A stretch of 64,000 bases of DNA. Origin: a virus. Taxonomy: Duplodnaviria > Heunggongvirae > Uroviricota > Caudoviricetes. The notes under the pieces are model-generated. The model did not search any database. It was not told the origin of the DNA and was given only the letters and a program-made list of their open reading frames with translations. The translations under genes and the position numbers were made by a program. Below, one piece after another: positions 21,976 to 32,012 of this stretch. Each line of letters opens with the position of its first letter. Position 1 is the stretch's first letter. The stretch lies in the IMG/VR virus record IMGVR_UViG_3300033062_002687; one strand, 5' to 3'.

Positions 21976-22266
21976 TCAGCATTTATCCAACATGATTCCT
22001 TTAAATCCATCGATGATTCCTGAAAATTTATGTTCTATAAGTTCAGTATATGTCTTATTTATTTGAATATCGTAATTGTCACATAGCCAATCTGAAGATG
22101 ACCAACCAGTGGTATTCAGATGTATGTATTCAGCGCAGGCCTTTGGACAATTAGCCGAAGCATCTGAGAATCCTGCCCTATAGCTGATGCTAGAGAAAAT
22201 AAAAATAGCTATGATAATAGCAATGATACGCAACCAGAGATAATTTATTTTTTTCTTTTCTTCCAT
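21976..22266 (-). CDS. membrane protein
   Basis: N-terminal TM then Cys-containing domain. Confidence 0.4.
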   Translation of the reverse strand: MEEKKKINYLWLRIIAIIIAIFIFSSISYRAGFSDASANCPKACAEYIHLNTTGWSSSDWLCDNYDIQINKTYTELIEHKFSGIIDGFKGIMLDKC

Positions 22267-22831
22267 GATGACACCTGTTAATTATCTGGCGTACCTATAA
22301 AACCATTTCCTCCACAATTAGGACATGTCATTTCAGGCCAACTGCTTCCAGTACGCGGATTATAATAACCTTGCAGACCTCCAACTTTCGGATTTGGTAT
22401 CCATCCCTTTCCACCACATGTTGGACAATGTTTTCTTGTCATTGATATCACCTTTGAAAAATATAGGGGGCTTCCACCCCGAGCCGCTCCTCAGCGTCTG
22501 CACATCCTTGGCAAGGAGTAATGCTCCAGTGCGGGAACAGTGGTTCCTAATTCGCTTTTCAGTACGAAACCACACCTTCCTGAAAGCTCCATCCTATGAG
22601 GAATGACATACAGCTAATTGACTGAGGCGGAAGCCTTCGCATCAACTAACTGCATGACATAGGACTATTTCTTTGGTCGATACACTCATTGTCTCATCCA
22701 ATACCCTGAACCTTTTTTACAAATAACATATTTATTTTTTCTTTCTTTATAAGCCTTTACCAATGGACAAGTTTCATCACTGCAGTTTTCAGGCCCGATA
22801 CAAAAACATCGTTTTTTCATCATGTTCTCAC

Positions 22832-23446
22832 CTATTCATTGAAGTTTACCTTTGGAGCATTCTCAGCTCCTGCCTGAGCCTCAAACATCTTGTACCTGTC
22901 AAAGTTGAATCCAAACATCCCTGCAAGCATGCTTGTTGGGAAGCTTCTTGTCTTCACTTCATATGCCTGGACTGCTGTATTGTAGTTATCCCTTTCGTAC
23001 TTGATCCTGTTCTCTGTTCCTGATAGCTCATCCTGCAATGACAAGAAATTCTGGCTTGCCTTAAGATCCGGATAAGCTTCCACAATTACCAACAGCCTTG
23101 ACATGACTGATGACATCTCTGTTCCTGCAGCATCTATCTCTGCTGGAGTCTTAGCAGCCTTGACATCATTCTGAGCCTGTCCTGCCTGGCTTCTGAGTTC
23201 TGTTATTTTTGTCAATGTTTCCTGCTCGTAATTCTTATATCCCTTCACTGTATCAACAAGGTTTGGGATCAAGTCCGCCCTTCGCTGATATGCTGTCTGC
23301 ACATTGCCCCATTTAGCTTTCACATTCACATCGGCGTTCACAAGCCCATTGTACATGCCCGCAACAATTGCGATGCATAACACAATGACAAGTGCTATCA
23401 CGCCTAATACCAATCCTATCTGTCCTTTCTTATTCATTTTTCTCAC
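22832..23446 (-). CDS. lemA: LemA family protein
   Basis: N-terminal TM followed by YNGLVN..VKAKWGNVQTAYQRRADLIPNLVDTVKGYKNYEQETL, the LemA signature (QRRxDLIPNLV). Confidence 0.85.
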   Translation of the reverse strand: MRKMNKKGQIGLVLGVIALVIVLCIAIVAGMYNGLVNADVNVKAKWGNVQTAYQRRADLIPNLVDTVKGYKNYEQETLTKITELRSQAGQAQNDVKAAKTPAEIDAAGTEMSSVMSRLLVIVEAYPDLKASQNFLSLQDELSGTENRIKYERDNYNTAVQAYEVKTRSFPTSMLAGMFGFNFDRYKMFEAQAGAENAPKVNFNE

Positions 23447-24287
23447 CTAGATTAAATAATACTTTAAGCTGATTTCTAGTTTCATCAGCTTCACAAGTAA
23501 TATCTTTTGCTTGTTTTAAAAGATTATTTATTTTTTTCATCTTATTTGACATCATGATTAATTGTTCTTCATAGCACATAACTAATATTCTACGGTATTT
23601 TCCGAAATCCCGAGGAGCCTTGCAATTCTCAATTGATCCAATCCGCTCATATGTCTCCGCAATAGCATTCCTGCTAATCTCGCTCAGATCCTTTGTTAAT
23701 CCAAATACATCAACTGACCGCTTAAACTTTTCCGACAATTTTTTCAGCTCCTTTTACTTTCAATCTGTAAACACTATAGCCTGGAATCTCATCCCACGGC
23801 TCTCCACCATACCTTGAAAGACTTATCTTCATATTTCTTTCGGCTGCTAATTTGCAAAAATCAAATAGATCCTTTTTTCTCTTCGCATATACCTGAAGCT
23901 GAAACTGGCTGTTCATTTTTTATCCTCCATACTCTTAAACATTTTAAGCATATGATTGCTATCTTGTCTTCGTTGGATTTTGATAGAACCTTTCTTAGGG
24001 CGCAGATAGCATCGAAGCATTCATCACATCCTACCTGATGCATCCATTCCTTTGGCTCTGTTATCATTTTCGACATTTTTTATTTCCCCTGAAGCATCCC
24101 TTGGGACAATATCTGCCAACCTTTGGATCGAACTTAGTTGGTGTCTTGCAATACTTGCATCTCCTGACTCTGCCGAAGAACCCATCTATGGATGCTTCGA
24201 ATTGTTCCTCGTCAATTCTTTTCAGGAAAGTGTTTCTACCGTCTTTTGTTTTTGATGTGACTTTTAATCTTTGTGCCATATGATCCT

Positions 24288-24488
24288 TTACACCTTACCT
24301 TTTTTGAAATAGCTGAATACATAATGGATGAATCCAAGCCTTCTCATGTTGCCTATCTCGTTCCTGTCGAGAAAGACTCCACCGCATTTTGGACAGCGGT
24401 CGATGACAACTTTATTGTTTGTAAGCTTTTCCATATTCACCTTGCACTTTGGGCACTTAATTATTTTTTCTTTCTGTGGCATTTCCAT
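24288..24488 (-). CDS. zf-TFIIB-like zinc-ribbon protein
   Basis: CPKCKVNMEKL...VIDRCPKCGGVFLD matches the transcription-factor zinc-finger (CPxC...CxxCgGvwlD) pattern. Confidence 0.45.
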   Translation of the reverse strand: MEMPQKEKIIKCPKCKVNMEKLTNNKVVIDRCPKCGGVFLDRNEIGNMRRLGFIHYVFSYFKKGKV

Positions 24489-24623
24489 AACCTCCTAATA
24501 TTTCTAATAAATTATCTATGATGAATAATCCCAAGAATACTGACATTAGATTGGACACAATAAATGCAGCATCCCATCGTCTCTTCTTCTTGACAATATT
24601 CTCTTTAATGATCCAGTGATCGA

Positions 24624-25073
24624 TCATTTCCTACCACCTAATTTTAATTTTTGAATCCTTCTTAAAATAGTTGTATGACATAATGAGATGTTATAAAATT
24701 CTTTCAAATGATCTTTAATACCTCTTATTGTAACTCCCTCAAAATACAGATCCATAATTAATAAATTAATTCGCTTATTTTTATCATAGCTTTTGCCTTC
24801 AATAAATCTTTTTTTACATTGATTGCATCTAATTCTTTGCTTTATCCCATTTTTTGTTTTCCTTGTTCCAAATTTAACTGTATCACTACTATTACAATAT
24901 GGACATTTCTTTTCATTATAAATTTTTTCAGCTTCACAAGCTGGACATTGGTGAAGTGTTTTGAACTGATGCAGCCATTGATGCAAATTTTCCCAGCAAC
25001 AAAATTGGAATTCATCAACAAGCTCATTTGTTTTATTTCCATACCGCTGATAGGCCTGTATTATTAATGTCAA
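24624..25073 (-). CDS. IS1/IS1595-type transposase N-terminal zinc-ribbon + HTH domain protein (no catalytic domain)
   Basis: CPYCNSSDTVKFGTRKTKNGIKQRIRCNQCKKRF then HTH-like GVTIRGIKDHLKEFYNISLCHTTILRRIQK. 149 aa, no DDE region. Confidence 0.4.
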   Translation of the reverse strand: MTLIIQAYQRYGNKTNELVDEFQFCCWENLHQWLHQFKTLHQCPACEAEKIYNEKKCPYCNSSDTVKFGTRKTKNGIKQRIRCNQCKKRFIEGKSYDKNKRINLLIMDLYFEGVTIRGIKDHLKEFYNISLCHTTILRRIQKLKLGGRK

Positions 25074-25333
25074 AATGCACCACCTCCTCCGCCGAACGAT
25101 CCGCCACCAAATCCTGAAGTTATTGGTGAATCTTCTTTGTCATCATTGTCATCTGATAATAAATCATCATCGTCATCTCCTTCTATGAATTTGGATTCCT
25201 CTTCTGCGTATGGCTTTACACATTTTGGACAAAGCCATCCGTGATGCGCATGCTGTCTCCAACCATTTTCCCTGGCTATTTTCTTAGTAGGGAAGATGTC
25301 TTCTGTCAAACAATTTTTGCATGTTACGATCAA
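25070..25333 (-). CDS. zinc-ribbon protein with acidic linker and Gly-rich C-terminal tail
   Basis: CKNC...CPKC, then DDDDDLLSDDNDD, then GFGGGSFGGGGGAF. Confidence 0.4.
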   Translation of the reverse strand: MIVTCKNCLTEDIFPTKKIARENGWRQHAHHGWLCPKCVKPYAEEESKFIEGDDDDDLLSDDNDDKEDSPITSGFGGGSFGGGGGAF

Positions 25334-25614
25334 GTTTATCCCTCCATAATTTACATAATAAGGAATACTGCAACAATGACTAGTGAGATTGTGAGGCCTT
25401 TAATTACTGCAAGAGGGTAATCTGGTTTCTCTTCTTCATCCTCAGGATTTAAACTCATTTTGAATCTTCTCGCAAACTGCATTGCCATTATCGATAAGTG
25501 TTATATCATATCCTTTGTCCTTGATCGCATCCAGGATTTCCTTGAAGTCATTGTAATCCAATGTAGATAAAATTGTAACCTTTACTCCATATCTTTTAGT
25601 TTGGTCGACTTCCA

Positions 25615-26337
25615 TCAGAATCCTCCTCCGCCGCCGCCGAATGAGCCGCCGCTGAATCCTCCTGATGATGAACTGCCGCCTGACCATCCACCACCGCTTC
25701 CTACAAAGCCAATTCCGCCTCCACCACCTGACAGTCCAGCTCCTACAATAGCAATAAATAATACGATAGATATCAGGATAATGATTACTAATAAAAGAGG
25801 CATTGATTTTCCATCTGCCTTACCAAGCGCTGATTCGTTTCCTGTTGTGTTCATTCCAATTTCTTTTGAGATCTCATCGAGAATGTAATTGTAGCCGTTG
25901 TAATATTCGTTCTTGTCGAAATAGATACGACTTGCACGACCTATGCGGGCAACCTTTGCATCGTTGAGTGTACTTTCGATACCGCGGCCTGTTGCAATAG
26001 CTCCCTGCTTAGTGGATGTTACCCACATGATGACAACGCCATTGTCTGTCTCTGAGCTGCCAACACCTGCCTTCTCACCAAGACGATTGGCATAAGTAAC
26101 CCGATCCTCTCCTCCTGTATCCTTGATGCTGACTATAGCGATTTCGACAGTTGTCTTTGCCTTGATGTCAGCGATCTTATCGTGAAGCTGTGTTTGCTCT
26201 GTTGGTGTAAGAAGATGCTCGTAATCATTTACATAGCCTGAGAGTAATGGATAGTCTGTAATTGCAGCTGTAGCAGAATGAACAGCAATCAAACCAAGTA
26301 TAATCATCCATTTAAAACCATTTGACATTTCTTTCAT
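25615..26337 (-). CDS. TPM-domain (TLP18.3/Psb32/MOLO-1) protein with C-terminal TM and Gly/Ser-rich tail
   Basis: Signal peptide. SGYVNDYEHLLTPTEQTQL...NGVVIMWV...IGRASRIYFDKNEYYNGY matches the TPM domain. Then TM and SGGGGGIGFVGSGGGWSGGSSSSGGFSGGSFGGGGGGF. Confidence 0.8.
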   Translation of the reverse strand: MKEMSNGFKWMIILGLIAVHSATAAITDYPLLSGYVNDYEHLLTPTEQTQLHDKIADIKAKTTVEIAIVSIKDTGGEDRVTYANRLGEKAGVGSSETDNGVVIMWVTSTKQGAIATGRGIESTLNDAKVARIGRASRIYFDKNEYYNGYNYILDEISKEIGMNTTGNESALGKADGKSMPLLLVIIILISIVLFIAIVGAGLSGGGGGIGFVGSGGGWSGGSSSSGGFSGGSFGGGGGGF

Positions 26338-26354
26338 TTTACTACCTCGATTTA

Positions 26355-26780
26355 TTATGGATATATCATTAATATTTTCTTACCTTTCTTTCTTGCGTAT
26401 CTAATTGTAGCCCAAGTTCCACTTCTTAATTCCTCTTTGATTGATTTTGGACAAGCTATTAGTATATCAGTTGAATCTACTATACTGTGATTTCTTTCTA
26501 ATGGTGGCTTAGGTTCATAAATTTTACCACCTTCAGTAAATGCTCTTTGAGCTTCAATATTACATGGATGTTTTTCAATAGTAATTTCCCTAAATATATG
26601 ATCGGATACAAAAGTTTTCATTATCTTATGTGCATCTTCATCAGCACCTATACAATCTCCATGATGAAATTCAATGTGATTGTCAAAGTCATATTTTTCC
26701 ATCATTGTTGTTATAAAATCATCTCTTTGTTTTCTTGTCATGCCTTCTCTTGTACCAGTAAATCCTATTCTTATATCCAT
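26355..26780 (-). CDS. SLOG-type Rossmann protein, DUF2493-like
   Basis: IGFTGTREGMT...HHGDCIGADEDAHKI resembles the viVTGgRd...hGacpxGADxxA pattern of phage-associated SLOG/DUF2493 proteins. Confidence 0.45.
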   Translation of the reverse strand: MDIRIGFTGTREGMTRKQRDDFITTMMEKYDFDNHIEFHHGDCIGADEDAHKIMKTFVSDHIFREITIEKHPCNIEAQRAFTEGGKIYEPKPPLERNHSIVDSTDILIACPKSIKEELRSGTWATIRYARKKGKKILMIYP

Positions 26781-26782
26781 AT

Positions 26783-27232
26783 TTACACCATCTTAGTCTT
26801 GATAATCCTCTTCTTCAGATCAGATTCCCTCTTAACTGTAAATGGACTGCCTGATGGATTGTCTATTGTGAGTGTAATATATTCATTCATCAACTTAGCT
26901 TTACTCTTACTTTCATTTGTTAACTTAAATTTAGTCTTGCTCTTTACTTCACATCGGCAAGGCTTACGAAAGCATCGCATGCATCCATCTTGTAATCTGA
27001 AGCTGTCCTTGCCTTTCATGATCTTGTTATCAAATAATAATTGGATATCCTTGTATCCCTTGAAGATTCCACAACCCCATAAGTCGTATGCTTCAGAAAA
27101 GCCGCAGACCTGGATTGCATTCTCTGAATCCTGTCCGCTTCCTGAAGGAGTAAAGATATGACCAATCTGCTCATCCTTATCATTCAGGATAAATATTCTT
27201 TTATCACTATCCATCTTGAATCTTAAGCCCAT
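26783..27232 (-). CDS. hypothetical protein (149 aa)
   Basis: ATGA-coupled to neighbours. Confidence 0.4.
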   Translation of the reverse strand: MGLRFKMDSDKRIFILNDKDEQIGHIFTPSGSGQDSENAIQVCGFSEAYDLWGCGIFKGYKDIQLLFDNKIMKGKDSFRLQDGCMRCFRKPCRCEVKSKTKFKLTNESKSKAKLMNEYITLTIDNPSGSPFTVKRESDLKKRIIKTKMV

Positions 27233-27684
27233 TATCTGAACCTCTTATCATCCCAACCTTTCATTGGATCATAACCTACCTTGACTCGTATATCATCGAT
27301 TTGTTTCTGCATCTTCAAAAGCATACCTTTGATCATCTCAAGGCTTGATACTACCTCAGCTTCAAACTGGTTCTTTGCTGTATATCCGCAACCTTCCCAA
27401 AGCATTGAGACTTCCCATGTCTTTCCTTTCTTTTCTGGCCAATAGAATCCTGCAAGATCCCTGGCTTTCTCAAGAGGCATATCATCGAGTGCGCCGCTAA
27501 GATGCTCCTCACAATGAATCTTTCGCATCTTGTCTGGCTCGTCTTTAAACTTTCCAAGAGACTCAATATAATTTCGTATTCCTTTGTCGACGACAACAAC
27601 ATGCTGATGCAATGTACCTGTACCGCAATACTTACATTTCTTTCTTTTGGATGCCTTCTCAGTTATAGTTGGTATTCCCTTCAT
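27232..27684 (-). CDS. hypothetical protein with N-terminal zinc ribbon
   Basis: CKYCGTGTLHQH. Confidence 0.4.
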   Translation of the reverse strand: MKGIPTITEKASKRKKCKYCGTGTLHQHVVVVDKGIRNYIESLGKFKDEPDKMRKIHCEEHLSGALDDMPLEKARDLAGFYWPEKKGKTWEVSMLWEGCGYTAKNQFEAEVVSSLEMIKGMLLKMQKQIDDIRVKVGYDPMKGWDDKRFR

Positions 27685-27998
27685 ATTTATTCACCTTCAT
27701 CGTAAGGATAAATAGCTTTTCCTGATTCTTCTTCTTTTGCCATACACTCAGCACAAGCTATAACCCTCATTGAATTAGGATTATTAATTACTGTTACAGT
27801 TCCGACTATCTCCCTTTTCTGACCACACCATCCACAAATCTTTTTAGTCATTTTTTATTCACCCTTTATACTTTTGTACTAAAACATGTCTTGGACTATA
27901 AGCCCATTTCTCGTGACGCTTACCGATCTTGCTTGAAAATCTATGACGCTCACCACATTTCTTACAACTATAAATTCCATTACCTTCTCTTTTCCATG

Positions 27999-28274
27999 TC
28001 ATTGTTTAACCTCCTGCGCTGATATGAATGTAATTAATTTGTCCTGATGATTTTCCCACATATGATTCAAGATTACTTCTTTAAGATAATTATTTGTATC
28101 CCATGCAAAATTACAAAATGCACATTTGACATGAGTGATCTTAATCTTTTCTCGCATCTCTGTAATCCTTTTACAAATCGAACAGTTCTCTGGATAATGC
28201 AAGTGATCGCAATATCCTGATTGATTCCTGATTGATATTGGTTCTCCACAATGTTCGCAAAGTTTTTCTGCCAT
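27999..28274 (-). CDS. zinc-finger protein
   Basis: CEHCGE...CSICK...CAFC. Confidence 0.4.
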   Translation of the reverse strand: MAEKLCEHCGEPISIRNQSGYCDHLHYPENCSICKRITEMREKIKITHVKCAFCNFAWDTNNYLKEVILNHMWENHQDKLITFISAQEVKQ

Positions 28275-28309
28275 GTTTACCTCAAATTAAAAAATAAAAA
28301 AAATAGGGC

Positions 28310-29680
28310 TTACTTGCCCTTCTGCTTCTCTTCTGCTTTAGGTTCTGCCTGCTTGTTGCCAAGCATTATGCCCAGGTCGTTTGGTCTTGCCAATCTGTTG
28401 AGGACAGATTCTGCAGCCGAGTCATTGCTGACTGTTATGGCCTGAAGAATCTTTCCGACATCGAATCCTGCCTTGTCACCATCTGACCCGGCGAAGACAC
28501 GCATCTGAGAGCTCTTCAATGCCTCTGCACCTGCAACTCCAACTGCCTGCTGCATCGCAACAATCTTCTCCGCAACGAGTGCCCTGATAGCTGCATCCTG
28601 GAACTTGTTCAATGCTGCCTGCAGCTTTTCCTTGGCATCAGCTTCTGCATAACCTTTCTCCCTGATCGGGGCAGCTTCTCCCTTTGCTTCCTCCTCTCTT
28701 TGGAGCCTTGTACCCTGACCTACCAGCTGCTTTTGAAGCTTGTTGATCTCCTCAACTTCTTTGGCCTGGTTTGCCTGAACAATTGCTTTTTCCTTGTCGA
28801 TCTGAGCCAGCTTAACCCTGTTGACCTGCTCGACATCAAGCTCAGCTTCCCTTGCAATCTTCTGCTGAACAGCCACAAACTTGTTCTTCTCCTGCTCCCT
28901 TTTGGCTATCTCCTGCTCCTTTGAGATCTCCCTAATCTTTGCCAATTCCTCTGACTCAGCTTCCTTAAGCCTTGCTGTCTTTATCTGCTCAGCATTTTTC
29001 TGCCTCATCTCTGAGTTGATCTGCTGCTCGATGATGGATGAGATGTCTGCAATGACATGCGACTCCTCTCCATGCTCCTGCTTGTTCGGATCCTTGAAGT
29101 CAATCAATTCTATGTCCTTCAGATCAAGACCCCAAATAGAAAGGACTTCTGTCAAAGGCGCCTGAATCGAATCAATGATTGCTTTTCTGTCATTGATAAT
29201 CTCTCTTATTGGCCTCTTGGTGGTTACATCTCTTATGGTTGCCTGGACTACCTGAGATACCTGATTCGTGAGGTCTTCGATCTTTCCGCTGAATCTCTTT
29301 GCTGCCTCAACTGGCTGCTTGACTGTCACGTATGCAATGATGTTGCAGACGAACCTTGCTCGATCCTTGTCGAACGCAAGGAAGTCAGGCACATTTATTG
29401 GTATGACGTTCAGAGGAATTCTGTGAACCTCCATACCTACATTGCCAATAAAGAACCAGCTTGGTATTTTGAAATAAGCTGATCTTGTCTTAAGCGGTTT
29501 GCCTTTGCCGTCTTCTTCTGTCACTTCAGTCCCATACTCTGGCTGAGATGAAAACACTCTTATCTTCCTTCCCTGGATAACAACATCTGCATAATTGGCT
29601 GGAACGATTGTGTACAAACTTGCGAACACAATGAAAGCAATCACTGCAGCGATTATTACCGCTATAATTAGCCCGATCAT
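28310..29680 (-). CDS. SPFH/band-7 (flotillin-like) membrane protein, 456 aa
   Basis: N-terminal TM, SPFH-like core, then a long EA/KQ-rich coiled coil (EAESEELAKIREISKEQEIAKREQE...) as in flotillins/YqiK. Confidence 0.75.
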   Translation of the reverse strand: MIGLIIAVIIAAVIAFIVFASLYTIVPANYADVVIQGRKIRVFSSQPEYGTEVTEEDGKGKPLKTRSAYFKIPSWFFIGNVGMEVHRIPLNVIPINVPDFLAFDKDRARFVCNIIAYVTVKQPVEAAKRFSGKIEDLTNQVSQVVQATIRDVTTKRPIREIINDRKAIIDSIQAPLTEVLSIWGLDLKDIELIDFKDPNKQEHGEESHVIADISSIIEQQINSEMRQKNAEQIKTARLKEAESEELAKIREISKEQEIAKREQEKNKFVAVQQKIAREAELDVEQVNRVKLAQIDKEKAIVQANQAKEVEEINKLQKQLVGQGTRLQREEEAKGEAAPIREKGYAEADAKEKLQAALNKFQDAAIRALVAEKIVAMQQAVGVAGAEALKSSQMRVFAGSDGDKAGFDVGKILQAITVSNDSAAESVLNRLARPNDLGIMLGNKQAEPKAEEKQKGK

Positions 29681-30242
29681 TTTATTTGCCTCCCATCTTC
29701 GCGCTTAACCTTATATTCCCATCATACACTTTAGCAGAAACCATCTGATGCAAAAGCTTTGTCACTATGCCGTCCTTCTCTATGTAGATATCCCTTCCGA
29801 TATCTATATCCTTGTAGGCCTGTTCCATATCAGCAAGTGTAGCAAATATTATCATATCTGCTTCCTGCTTGTCACCAAGCCTAAAATCCACTACCTTATA
29901 CGCCGGTCTTTTGTCTTCGTCTGCCATTTTTTATTCCTCTGCATCTGAATCAAAAACATCTATGTATAAGATGTCAGATGCCCTGCAAACCACACACTGA
30001 TATGCCCTTTCAATGTCATCATAGTCTTCCCTTTCGATTAACCTGGATGATGCATCCAATTTGATGAATGTATCTCCTGTAGCTAATTCAACTGTCTTTA
30101 ACATTGTCGCTGTTTCTTCCTCAGTCAGATAATTTATCTCTGCAACATCCCTGTTTATATTTCCGTCACTGTCTGTTATTGTCCCTTTCAAATACACCTT
30201 CACATCACATAACTTCTCTATTTTCGCCATTTGTTTCGCCTC

Positions 30243-31049
30243 CTATATTAGGTCTTCTACTAATTTCCTTGCCCAACTGTTAATAAAAGAATCGAATGTC
30301 ATTCCTTCCGACTGAACCTTGAATACTTCCTTGAATGCATTAAGCATCGCAAGATGATCATGATCCAAAAATATCCTGCCAAGATCATGCTGCTGCTGAA
30401 GATAGGATATTGACTCAGGAAGAAAGTTGATTGTCTTCAGATTGCAGATCATAGGATCAACAACTGTTTGATATGATGATATTAGTCTGCTAGTTCCATC
30501 AGGATTATATATCCTTTTCTCGACTTGTCTTGTTCTCCTGAGCGGAAACTTCATCTCGTATTCTTTTTCGAAACAGAACTTCTTTGGCAATATCTTTTGC
30601 AATGAATAAAGTACAGTCTGTGTAGGAATCTGATTTAATCCTCCATTAACGCAACGAGATTTAAGACGAAGCATTTTCCTAACCTCATCGTTATAATAAC
30701 TTCTTTTTTTCGGAGTCTCAGCTTCCTGCATCTTTTTTTGAAGAACAGCTATAGTTGGATCATAATCATTTGAAAATTGGAATAATGCCTCATCAAGAAG
30801 CTTCTTTGTCTCTCTCAACGAAAAACAAATGTTCCTTTCATTTGAAAATTTTTTTCCGGGATTTCTACATGCTAAGATGCCAGCAAAATAATCAGCATCG
30901 CGACGACTTAATTTAGTCAACATCTTGCAAAGCATCTCAAAGTCATACTTGTCAGAGTAATATCCATGGATCTTCATTTTAAAATCTGTCATGATCTCAA
31001 GGCCTACATATCCTTCCTGACATGGTATACACATTAATGCCTTTATCAA
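30243..31049 (-). CDS. hypothetical protein (268 aa)
   Basis: Long ORF, no family recognised. Confidence 0.4.
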   Translation of the reverse strand: MIKALMCIPCQEGYVGLEIMTDFKMKIHGYYSDKYDFEMLCKMLTKLSRRDADYFAGILACRNPGKKFSNERNICFSLRETKKLLDEALFQFSNDYDPTIAVLQKKMQEAETPKKRSYYNDEVRKMLRLKSRCVNGGLNQIPTQTVLYSLQKILPKKFCFEKEYEMKFPLRRTRQVEKRIYNPDGTSRLISSYQTVVDPMICNLKTINFLPESISYLQQQHDLGRIFLDHDHLAMLNAFKEVFKVQSEGMTFDSFINSWARKLVEDLI

Positions 31050-31655
31050 ATTGTCACCTTACCTCTTCAACATCTCTTGCTATCGCTATTGGCCTATCCA
31101 TATTCGTATAGAATTTTTCAATAGCTAATTCTTTCGCATCCTCTTCATTCTTTGCAGCAACTATTGTTATGACGTCGTTGAAAGATAATATTACCTGATA
31201 TTCCTTCTTTTTCATAATTTATCACCCAGCAATTTCGGGAAGAGGGGTAATGTGGGAAAGAGGTGCTCGTGCCAATATGCTAGAAGTTTCCAGTAACCAA
31301 CAAATTCGCCCTGCACTAAACCCGCCTTCTGTTACCATCAAAGACCGCCCTCCTCTTTCCGATGCCTTTTCATTTTCCTAATACACTTACATCACCAATT
31401 GTTATCCTATGCGCCTGACAATCGATGTATATTGTTCCATGACACTCTGCCTTTATAAAATAGATATTTCCGTCTTTGTCTTCACAGACACCCTGCTCTT
31501 GATACACATTATATTTGTCAAATCCAAGTTTCCTGCATGCCATATCCTTCTTGTCATTCATCACAATGCCATGTATAACTGCAATTGCTGCAACTATTAA
31601 AATTAAGACAACCCCAATCAAACATCCTACGTCGAATTTATCCATTTAAATCACC

Positions 31656-32012
31656 TCACACAATCAACTGCTTTCTTCTTAGCAATGAGATATAACTCAG
31701 AACAGTAGACTTCTTAAGCCCGAGTTCCCTGCCTATTGCACTAGGCCGCATCGTGCTGTATAAGTCCATGACTTCCTTGAGCTTACCATGCAACACATAG
31801 TTGTTGTGAGATGTCTTAAGCCTTGTATTCCACTGATCTGATTTTTTCTCAGGCTTTACTTCTTCCGCAGCTTCTTTAAGCACTACAGATACAGCCTGAA
31901 CTGTTTTTTCTGATTCCTTGTTCGCCTCATATTCCAACAAATCCTTTGTGGTGTTAAACACTAGCTTAACTCCACCTTCATATCTTTCTATCATTTTTTC
32001 CGACCTCCTCAC
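31656..32012 (-). CDS. hypothetical protein, possible C-terminal HTH
   Basis: IGRELGLKKSTVLSYISLLRRKQ. Confidence 0.35.
   Translation of the reverse strand: MRRSEKMIERYEGGVKLVFNTTKDLLEYEANKESEKTVQAVSVVLKEAAEEVKPEKKSDQWNTRLKTSHNNYVLHGKLKEVMDLYSTMRPSAIGRELGLKKSTVLSYISLLRRKQLIV

Noticed and set aside
28700-29482. Several + strand ORFs (74-141 aa) inside the flotillin gene, and similar + strand ORFs across 2500-60000 (for example 50837-51388, 36915-37460, 26547-27161)
   Set aside because: They are antisense to long, motif-bearing minus-strand genes, lack SD sequences and have low-complexity Leu/Ser-rich translations. Treated as antisense artefacts.
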